A stretch of DNA of 64,000 nt. It comes from Anaerolineae bacterium (GTDB lineage: Bacteria > Chloroflexota > Anaerolineae > B4-G1 > SLSP01). The translations under genes and the position numbers were made by a program. Positions 57,147 to 64,000 of this stretch are shown here, piece by piece; the first letter of the stretch is position 1; each line of letters starts with the position of its first letter. The notes below the pieces were generated by a model. The model was not told the DNA's origin and ran no database searches. It was given only the letters and a program-made list of their open reading frames with translations. Where the stretch lies: assembly GCA_034429475.1 (NCBI GenBank), contig DAOUGD010000126.1:32818-96817 (forward strand), given 5' to 3'.

Positions 57147-59365
57147 AGCGGCTGTCATTCATTACGAAGAATCTGCTCAACCGGATGATCGCCTATGTAC
57201 TGGTGTTGCTGCTGTTGACCATCAGCCTGATGGGGTATTTGGCTTACATCCTCGCGCGTCAAAACCTGACCGACTCGGTCTTCAATCGCCTGGAATCGGT
57301 GGTGACACTCAAGGAAGACGAATTGCAGCGTTGGGTAGCGGATCAGCGGCAGAACGTTACCTGGATGGCAGGGCAAGAGCCGGTGCGTCGCTGGACCGCG
57401 CAACTGCTTCAAGGCGATGTTGAACGAGCGACCGTTTACACCACGTTTTGGGCTTATTTACGGGCCGCCGTGACGCAAAGAGCCGGACTGCGGGAACTCT
57501 TTGTGCTGTCTGTGCCGGAGGGTCAGGTGTTGATTTCCTCCACTCAAGCGCACGAAGGGCAATCTCAGGCGGCCGCCGAGTACTTCATCCAGGGCCGTGC
57601 GGGAATTTATGTCCAGACCATCTACGTGGCGGAGGATGGCGAGCCGACCATCACCATCGCCAACCCGATATTTAACGCCGCCGGAGAATGTATCGGCGTA
57701 CTGGCGGCGCATCTGAATTTGGAGCGGATGCAACAGATTATCCTGGAAGGACCGGGCATGGGCGCCCGCAGTGAGGTCTTTCTGGTGGATGGCGCCGGCG
57801 ACTTCGTCGTGGCGCCCCGCGCGTTGTTGGCCGCCGGCGTGGACCTGGGGGCGTTGACTGCCGGGGTACGGGCGGTGATCGCGGGGCAAGACGGGCAGGC
57901 CACTTATTCAACCTATGAAGGTCATTCGGTGCTGGGCGCCTATCATTGGCTGGATGAGTACGGCCTGGGGGTCGTGGCCGAGGTGGGTGAAGATTACGCC
58001 ATTCTGGCGCCAGCGCGTCGCTTGTCGGCAACGGTGTTGGCGGTTGGATCGGGCGCGTCCATCCTGTTGCTGATCGGTGCAGTCTTGCTGATGCGACAAG
58101 GAATGCAGCCGTTGCGCGCGCTGACCGAGGTCGCCCGTGAAGTCGCGCAGGGACGGCTGGACCGACAGGCCCCTGTCGTCACCGAGGATGAGTTGGGCGT
58201 CTTCGCGCAGACGTTCAATCAAATGACCGCGCAACTGCGCGCGTCGTATGCCGAACTGGAACAGCAAGTGCGTGTGCGGACCCAGACTCTGGAAAAACGT
58301 TCACGTCAGTTGGAGGCGGCGGCGCGCGTCGCCAGCGCCGTCTCGGCCATCTACAACGTGGACCAACTGTTGGACGAGACCGTGCGCTTGATCCCGACCC
58401 ACTTTGACGTAGATCATGCCGGCATCTTCCTTTTGGATGAGGCCGAGGAATACGCCGTTCTGCGGGCGGCCTCTTCGGAGGGGGGGCTGCGGATGTTGGC
58501 GCGCGGCCACCGGCTGCGGATCGGGCAGGGGATTGTCGGCTCCGTGGCGCACACCGGTCAGCCTCGCATCGCCCTGGATGTGGACGCCGACGGCGCGTTC
58601 GTACCTAACCCAGACATTCCGGCGACGCGCTCGGAAATGGCGCTGCCCCTGCGGGCGCGCAACCGGGTGATTGGCGTGCTGGACGTGCAGTCGGAGCAGG
58701 CGGCAGCCTTCGCTGAAGAGGATGTTTCGGTGTTGCAGACGATGGCGGAGCAGGTGGCCCTGGCGATTCAGAATGCGCGTCTGCTGCGAGAAAGTGAGTT
58801 CGCGGTGCGCGAGTTGGAGCGACGCTATGGAGAGCAAATTCATACCGCGTGGCAGGCGCGGCTTTCCCGTGAGGCGGCAGCCTATCGCTACACCGGTGTG
58901 CGGGTGGAACCGGCCGGGGGGCGCACCCTACAAAAGTTCCCGGCCATTCCGCCCGATCACGTCACGTTAGTGAATGAGGGTGAGGCGGGGCGGCGTCTGA
59001 CCGCGCCGATTCGGATGCGGGATCACATTTTGGGTTCGATTGTGTTGCAGCAGAACCCGGACGAGCCGCCGTGGTCGGAGGCCGACATGACGCTGTTAGA
59101 AGCCACCTGCGATCAGATTGGTATGGCGTTGGACAATGTCCGCTTGTTGGATGAGTCACGGGAACGGGTGGCCCGCGAGCGGCTGACCGGCGACCTGGCC
59201 GCGCGGATTCGGGCGGCCTCCACCGATATAGACGTGGTGTTGCAGACCACCATCCGCGAGTTGGGTCGGCTGTTGCACGCCACCGGCAAAATTCACCTGA
59301 GCGGGCCTTCTGCCTGGGCCTCCACCGCGGCGGAGAATTCTGCCGAGAGCGAAAGGCAGGCGTAA
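57143..59365 (+). CDS. Cache-like, HAMP, GAF, GAF membrane sensor protein without output domain (paralog 5)
   Basis: ATGA overlap with the upstream stop. TM1, a Cache-like domain, TM2, HAMP (LRALTEVAREVAQGRLDRQ ... FNQMTAQLRAS), GAF (HFDVDHAGIFLLDEAEEYAVLRAASS ... LPLRARNRVIGVLDVQS), a second GAF and a C-terminal IRELGRLL. Confidence 0.65.
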   Translation: MKRLSFITKNLLNRMIAYVLVLLLLTISLMGYLAYILARQNLTDSVFNRLESVVTLKEDELQRWVADQRQNVTWMAGQEPVRRWTAQLLQGDVERATVYTTFWAYLRAAVTQRAGLRELFVLSVPEGQVLISSTQAHEGQSQAAAEYFIQGRAGIYVQTIYVAEDGEPTITIANPIFNAAGECIGVLAAHLNLERMQQIILEGPGMGARSEVFLVDGAGDFVVAPRALLAAGVDLGALTAGVRAVIAGQDGQATYSTYEGHSVLGAYHWLDEYGLGVVAEVGEDYAILAPARRLSATVLAVGSGASILLLIGAVLLMRQGMQPLRALTEVAREVAQGRLDRQAPVVTEDELGVFAQTFNQMTAQLRASYAELEQQVRVRTQTLEKRSRQLEAAARVASAVSAIYNVDQLLDETVRLIPTHFDVDHAGIFLLDEAEEYAVLRAASSEGGLRMLARGHRLRIGQGIVGSVAHTGQPRIALDVDADGAFVPNPDIPATRSEMALPLRARNRVIGVLDVQSEQAAAFAEEDVSVLQTMAEQVALAIQNARLLRESEFAVRELERRYGEQIHTAWQARLSREAAAYRYTGVRVEPAGGRTLQKFPAIPPDHVTLVNEGEAGRRLTAPIRMRDHILGSIVLQQNPDEPPWSEADMTLLEATCDQIGMALDNVRLLDESRERVARERLTGDLAARIRAASTDIDVVLQTTIRELGRLLHATGKIHLSGPSAWASTAAENSAESERQA

Positions 59366-59367
59366 CC

Positions 59368-60591
59368 ATGGCGACGTGGGGTTGGTTGGTTATCATCGCG
59401 GTAGTGCTGGCGGTGGCTGGCGGCGTGGTGGCGTGGCAGTGGCGGCGCGTTCAGGCGCTGCTGGCCCAACAGCACCTATTGGAACGGCGCATAGCCGAGC
59501 TAATGGACGTCCAGACGACAGAACGGCAGCACTTGACGCAGCAGGCTGAAGCCTTTGCGCAGCGCCTGGAGCGTTTCCGGGCGGCAGCGCTGGTGGCGCG
59601 GGATGCCGCCGCCATTCGTAACTTGGACGAATTGATGCAGGCGTTGGTGACGCTGATCTCGCAGCGCTTCGACTTTTATCATGCCGGGGTGTTCTTGTTG
59701 GATGATGCCGGCGACTTCGCGGTGATGCAGGCGGCGTCATCCGAAGGGGGGCGGCAAATGCTGGCGCGGGGACACAAACTGCGGGTGGCCGAGCAGGGGA
59801 TCGTGGGGTACGTGGCGGCGCGGGGGGAAGCGCGCATTGCCCTGAACGTCGGCGAGGACGCGGCCTGGGCCAGCGCGCCGGAACTGCCGAAAACTCGCTC
59901 AGAGATGGCGCTGCCTTTGAAGGTGCGCGAGCAGGTCATTGGCGTGCTGGACGTGCAGTCTACCGAACCGCAAGCCTTTATCCAGGAGGACATTGAAGTA
60001 CTCCAAACAATGGCCGATCAGTTAGCCTTGGCGATTCAGAGCGCGCGGCTGTTTGAGGAAAACCGGCGCACCGTCGAGCGGTTGGAGATCCTGTACCGGG
60101 AGCAGATGGGGGAAATATGGCGCAGCCGGGTCGGCACGCGCACCTACATCTACGATGGCCTGAACGTCGCGCGCGCGCTGGCGGAGGAGACGCCGGCGTT
60201 GGTCAATAGCCAGCACGTGGTCACGTCACACCAGTTGGTCATCCCGATCTTCCTGCGCGAGCACGTCATCGGTTCGATCACCCTGGAACGCGATCCGATA
60301 CAACTGCCCTGGTCGGATGAAGAGGTGGCGTTGGTGGAAGAGATCGGCGTGCAGGCCGGCCTGGCGCTGGACAATGCACAGTTGTTGGCCGACAGCCGGC
60401 AGCGCGCGACGTACCAGCAGCAGCTCAGCGACGTGTCACGGGTCTTTTCCGGGGCCGTGAACATGGAAGCAATGTTGCAGGCCGCCGTGCGTGAGTTGGG
60501 GCGGCTGCCGGGGGTGGCGGAGGTGGCCGTCCACATTGACGCTCCCCGCGCCGTTGCGAATGACATTGAGCAAGCGGCGAATGACGAATAG
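59368..60591 (+). CDS. single-TM coiled-coil GAF, GAF protein without output domain (paralog 6)
   Basis: N-terminal TM (WGWLVIIAVVLAVAGGVVAW), a coiled coil, GAF (FDFYHAGVFLLDDAGDFAVMQAASS ... LPLKVREQVIGVLDVQS), a second GAF and a C-terminal VRELGRL module. Confidence 0.65.
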   Translation: MATWGWLVIIAVVLAVAGGVVAWQWRRVQALLAQQHLLERRIAELMDVQTTERQHLTQQAEAFAQRLERFRAAALVARDAAAIRNLDELMQALVTLISQRFDFYHAGVFLLDDAGDFAVMQAASSEGGRQMLARGHKLRVAEQGIVGYVAARGEARIALNVGEDAAWASAPELPKTRSEMALPLKVREQVIGVLDVQSTEPQAFIQEDIEVLQTMADQLALAIQSARLFEENRRTVERLEILYREQMGEIWRSRVGTRTYIYDGLNVARALAEETPALVNSQHVVTSHQLVIPIFLREHVIGSITLERDPIQLPWSDEEVALVEEIGVQAGLALDNAQLLADSRQRATYQQQLSDVSRVFSGAVNMEAMLQAAVRELGRLPGVAEVAVHIDAPRAVANDIEQAANDE

Positions 60592-60646
60592 CGAATTACG
60601 AATGACGAATAACGAATTACGAATCACGAATTGTGAATTTCGGATG
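60582..60646. repeat. 8-mer tandem repeat (CGAATNAC variants x8) spanning the stop codon of paralog 6
   Basis: Read directly from the sequence. It belongs to the same family as the array at 29846. Confidence 0.65.
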
Positions 60647-60656
60647 AGGCAGGTCA

Positions 60657-63470
60657 ATGGCTGCTAAAAAGAGAGAGACGCTGATATCGGTGAAACCATC
60701 GAGCAGCGCGCGCCCCCGCCCGACGGTGGGGTTGCTGCTTTCCTGGCTGCGGGATGATTATCAAAGCGGCCTGGTGATGGATATGCATACGATAGCCCAA
60801 AAATTGGGGGTGGACTTGCTGTGTTTTGTGGGCGGCGATTTGCGCGAGGCGTATCCGCAAAACGTGATCTACGATCTGATCTCCTCCCAATGCGTGGAGG
60901 GTCTGATCATCAGTCCTTCCCTGTCGCACGCTTGCGACCCCGCCGTCCTGCACAATTTCTACGCCCGGTTTGCGGACCTCCCGCTGGTGAGCGGCGCGTT
61001 TGGCGTGCCGGAAATCAATCAGATTTTGTGCGACAACCTGGTGGGGATGCGCCGGGCGGTCGAACATCTTATTGTCGAACACCACTATCGCCGGATTGCC
61101 TTCGTCCGAGGGCCGGTGGGCCAGCCGGAGGCAGAGGCGCGGTATCAGGCATATCAAGAGGTGCTGGCCGCGCACCAGATTCGCCTGGATGAGAAATTAG
61201 TCATATTGGGCGACTTTACCGGCCCTGGTTCTCGCGCGGCTATTACCGAATGGCTCCAAAAGGGTGAGATTGTGGACGCCATTGTGGCTTCCAATGACGT
61301 CAGCGCGATGATTGCCATGGAAATATTGACGGCCCATGGCCTGCGGACGCCGGAGGACGTGGCAATAGTGGGGTTCGATGATGTGCCGGCCGCGCGCGCC
61401 CTGAGTGTGCCCCTGACGACCGTGCGCCAGCCGTTCTCCCAGATGTCGGAAATGATGATGGCGAACTTGCTGGCGCAGATCCGGGGAGAAACGCCGCCGG
61501 TCATCCAGATGGTGCCCTCTGAGTTGATTGTGCGTCGTTCGTGCGGCTGCCTGCCGGCATCGGTCCAACAGGCGCAGTTGGAAATGAGCGCGTATGTTGG
61601 CAAGGAAATCCTGGTGATGTCACGGGAGACCGTCCCGCAGGACGTTCCAGAAGTGCTGTGGTATGCCATGGTGGACGAGTTGGAAGGTGTCCTGGAGGGC
61701 AAATTCCTGGTCGCCTTTGACCAGATGTTGCACCAGACCTACCAGATGCATGGCGATATGGAGCGCTGGCAGGGAGTATTATCCTCTCTGCGCCATGCGG
61801 CGATGCTGTATGGGGTGCGGCAGCGTGCGGCGCGCCCGGAGTTCTTCGGCGCGCCGTTGGTGATGCGGCTGGAGACGCTCATACAGCAGGCGCGGATTCT
61901 GGCCAGCGAGGCAGCGTTGCGTATGAGCACTCGGCTGCGCCAGGACGACCGGGTGTATGTAGCCAATTCTCAGGCGTTGGATAGGGCGATGAACGCAGTG
62001 TTGGATTTATCTGAGCTGCCTGGGGTGTTTGCCCGTTTTTTGCCTCCCATTCCCATGAACATTTGCCACATAGCCCTCTATGCCGGAGATGGGCCAGCGT
62101 TCACTTCCCGCGCCCGGTTGGCGGTGAGTTACACACGCGGCCAATCGCAATTCCACCCAGACTCGGCTGCTTACCCGGCTACTGATTTGTTGCCGGCGCC
62201 TCTGTGGCCGCCGGCAGAACGGACGACCGTGGTGATTATGCCGTTGTTGATGCAAAACCAACAGTTGGGATTCGCCTTTCTGGGGCATGACTCTCCCCAC
62301 ATCTGGGTTTATGACCAGCTCAGCAGCCAATTGAGCGGGACTGTTTTTCGCGCCCTGCTGATCCAGCAACAGCAGGAAGCGCAGCGCGATGTGGAGCGGC
62401 TGTTGGCCGACCTCCAGCGGCGCGCTCGCTTGCTGGCCGGCGCTGCCGAGATTTCACGGGCCGCCACCTCGCTCACCCACCTGAGTGAGTTGCTGCCCCG
62501 TGCGGCGACGTTGATTTGTGAGCATTTCCGGTTGTACTATGTTGGAATTTTCCTGCTGGACGAGAGCCGGCAGTGGGCCGTGTTGAGTGCGGACGCCGGG
62601 GCGGCCAACCATCGCCTGTTGGAGCAGGGGTACAAACTGTCTGTCGGCCCTTCGTCCCTGGTGGGAACGTGTATGGCGACGGGGCAGGCTCAGGTGACGG
62701 CGGATGTGACGACGCAGGTCTCCTCTTACCTGGCGCACCCCTTGCTGCCGGACACTCGTTCCGAAGCCGTGCTGCCTTTGCTCAGCCGGGAGCGCGTGGT
62801 GGGCGCCATGAGCATCCAATCGGCCGAGCCGGAGGCCTTTTCCGCAGATGACCTGACGACGCTCCAGACGATGGCCGATCAGTTGGTCAATGCGATTGAA
62901 AATGTCCGCTTACTGGAACAAATGACGGAGAGCCGTTATGAATTGGAGATGGCCTCCGGGCAGTATACGGCCGAATCGTGGCGGGAGTACGTGAGTCACG
63001 CGGCGCAGCAGTTGGGGTATCGTTACCGGCAGGTGGCCGTGGAGCCGACCGCCGAAAAATCCCCTGAAGCGCAAATAGCCTTGGAACGCAATGTACCGGT
63101 GCTGGTGCCCTTGCTGGAAACCCCCGGTGTGCGCAGCGCGTTGGCTACTCCCATCCGCCTGCGCAATCAAATCCTCGGCGTGCTGAATGTGCGTTTTGAA
63201 GAGAGCGACGTGCCGCCCGAAACGGTGGAGTGGGTGAACCAGGTCGCTGATCGTCTGGCGATCTCGTTGGAGAGCGTGCGTTTGTTGCAGGAAACGCGCA
63301 GCACGGCCGAACGTGAGCAGTTAGTCGGGCGGGTGACGGCCCAAATGCGGGCGAACCTGGATGTGGACGCGGTCCTCAGAACGGCCGCCGCTCAGATCCG
63401 TGAGGTCATGGACCTGTCGCGGGTCACGATCCGCCTGGCGACCCGACCGCAAAAGTCAGACGAAGGCTGA
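60657..63470 (+). CDS. cytoplasmic LacI-type periplasmic-binding-fold (PBP type 1) domain fused to GAF domains, no output domain (paralog 7)
   Basis: The N-terminal ~330 aa resemble a LacI/sugar-binding core (LLLSWLRDDYQSGLVMD ... VGFDDVPAARALSVPLTTVRQP). Then GAF (FRLYYVGIFLLDESRQWAVLSADAG ... LPLLSRERVVGAMSIQS), further GAF-like modules and a C-terminal module. Confidence 0.6.
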   Translation: MAAKKRETLISVKPSSSARPRPTVGLLLSWLRDDYQSGLVMDMHTIAQKLGVDLLCFVGGDLREAYPQNVIYDLISSQCVEGLIISPSLSHACDPAVLHNFYARFADLPLVSGAFGVPEINQILCDNLVGMRRAVEHLIVEHHYRRIAFVRGPVGQPEAEARYQAYQEVLAAHQIRLDEKLVILGDFTGPGSRAAITEWLQKGEIVDAIVASNDVSAMIAMEILTAHGLRTPEDVAIVGFDDVPAARALSVPLTTVRQPFSQMSEMMMANLLAQIRGETPPVIQMVPSELIVRRSCGCLPASVQQAQLEMSAYVGKEILVMSRETVPQDVPEVLWYAMVDELEGVLEGKFLVAFDQMLHQTYQMHGDMERWQGVLSSLRHAAMLYGVRQRAARPEFFGAPLVMRLETLIQQARILASEAALRMSTRLRQDDRVYVANSQALDRAMNAVLDLSELPGVFARFLPPIPMNICHIALYAGDGPAFTSRARLAVSYTRGQSQFHPDSAAYPATDLLPAPLWPPAERTTVVIMPLLMQNQQLGFAFLGHDSPHIWVYDQLSSQLSGTVFRALLIQQQQEAQRDVERLLADLQRRARLLAGAAEISRAATSLTHLSELLPRAATLICEHFRLYYVGIFLLDESRQWAVLSADAGAANHRLLEQGYKLSVGPSSLVGTCMATGQAQVTADVTTQVSSYLAHPLLPDTRSEAVLPLLSRERVVGAMSIQSAEPEAFSADDLTTLQTMADQLVNAIENVRLLEQMTESRYELEMASGQYTAESWREYVSHAAQQLGYRYRQVAVEPTAEKSPEAQIALERNVPVLVPLLETPGVRSALATPIRLRNQILGVLNVRFEESDVPPETVEWVNQVADRLAISLESVRLLQETRSTAEREQLVGRVTAQMRANLDVDAVLRTAAAQIREVMDLSRVTIRLATRPQKSDEG

Positions 63471-63473
63471 GCA

Positions 63474-64000
63474 ATGATGAAACCACGCGAGAGAAACTGG
63501 GATTTAGGGATTGCCCGCTGGCCTATTTTCTATAAGGTCTTTGTCTTCGTCGGCCTGATTGCCCTGTTGGGCATTGGCGGCGTCAGCGCCGCTCTGATGA
63601 AGTTTTCCTACGACCGCTTGCAGGAACAGGCCCACACCGCGCTGCTCAACTCGGCCAGGCAACAGGCCGACTGGGTGGCCACTCTGTTGCTGGAGCAAGT
63701 CGCCTTTGTGCGGCACATCGGGCTGGATAGCGCGCTGACGACCGAGGCCGCCGCCCGCAGCCGCGAGTACGATCTGACGGCGGCGTTGACGCGGGCGGAG
63801 GAATGGCGTCAAGCCGCGGACGACAGCGAGTTGGTACGGCAAGTCGTGTCTGCCGACCTGAACCCCCTAGTCGGCGTGTTGCAGACTTATGCGCAGGAAT
63901 ATCCGGCGGTAGTGGCGTTGTTGGTGGTGGAGCGCCATGGCAACACGTTGGCGGCCACCTATCGTCCGGAGGCTTACCACCAACAGGAGGCGGACTGGTG
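63474..64000 (+). CDS. membrane sensor protein, N-terminal part (TM plus Cache-like extracellular domain); 3' end outside window (paralog 8)
   Basis: ATG 4 nt after the upstream stop; hand translation (MMKPRERNW...) is open to the window end. A TM helix (IFYKVFVFVGLIALLGIGGV) and a Cache-like start are visible. Confidence 0.5.
   Translation, partial: MMKPRERNWDLGIARWPIFYKVFVFVGLIALLGIGGVSAALMKFSYDRLQEQAHTALLNSARQQADWVATLLLEQVAFVRHIGLDSALTTEAAARSREYDLTAALTRAEEWRQAADDSELVRQVVSADLNPLVGVLQTYAQEYPAVVALLVVERHGNTLAATYRPEAYHQQEADW

Noticed and set aside
49455-63470. Idea that the eight GAF ORFs are fragments of one or two giant frameshifted sensor kinases
   Set aside because: Each ORF begins with its own N-terminal TM or sensor segment and usually its own SD. 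The junctions are clean stop/start overlaps (ATGA, 8 nt, 11 nt), not internal frameshifts. No HisKA or HATPase sequence appears in any frame downstream of the first kinase.
1-64000. tRNA, rRNA, transposase or integrase genes
   Set aside because: Intergenic gaps were inspected for T-loop-like GGTTCGAATCC motifs or cloverleaf-sized GC-rich stretches, and none was convincing. No ORF has a DDE, tyrosine or serine recombinase pattern. The palindromic elements are non-coding. A computational tRNA or IS scan was not possible here.

Overview
This is a 64-kb, high-GC (~65%) bacterial chromosomal segment. The gene content suggests a Chloroflexota-like or terrabacterial organism, but that is inference only. 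It is almost fully coding and holds about 47 protein-coding genes.

The window opens with a partial NHL-repeat protein, a low-GC CPBP protease, glgA, two unknown proteins and mtnP. A SEDS (FtsW/RodA) protein follows, fused to a PBP-fold domain whose catalytic motifs look degenerate. Next comes an OmpR-type response regulator translationally coupled to a membrane-anchored STAND/NACHT-like NTPase with HEAT repeats. A parA-like ATPase and a PfkB kinase sit beside the conserved rpmH-rnpA-yidD-yidC-jag cluster, which here carries an inserted PQQ beta-propeller lipoprotein. The central region holds a FAD oxidoreductase, ppgK-like and FGGY kinases, a DUF433/DUF5615 toxin-antitoxin-like pair, a LarA-like protein, a 1467-aa secreted S8 protease, a TPR-AAA+ ATPase and TPR proteins. 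After these come a three-gene sugar ABC uptake cassette, recJ, two epimerases flanking a MIO-type ammonia-lyase, and a YfhO-family membrane protein.

The last ~18 kb (46.2-64 kb) is the most unusual part. Two CheY-like receivers and a GAF-containing histidine kinase are followed by eight tandem, mostly start/stop-overlapping paralogs. Each has a variable N-terminal sensor (multi-TM, Cache-like or LacI-type PBP), then HAMP or coiled-coil, then two to three GAF domains, and each ends in a conserved short helical module. None has a recognisable kinase, cyclase or DNA-binding output.

The non-coding DNA carries several repeat families. One is a ~60-bp palindromic element (TCAACGGAT...ATCCGTTGA) in five copies, one of them in-frame inside the YfhO-family gene. 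A second is a GGGATTAGGG palindromic element, in two copies bracketing the substrate-binding-protein gene. Many 7-8-mer tandem arrays occur between genes, and one pair forms inverted repeats flanking the ammonia-lyase gene. There are G9 homopolymer tracts, one inside the first codons of the histidine kinase. Several near-consensus sigma70-type promoters and intrinsic terminators are visible. No rRNA, tRNA, CRISPR array, transposase or integrase could be supported by eye.
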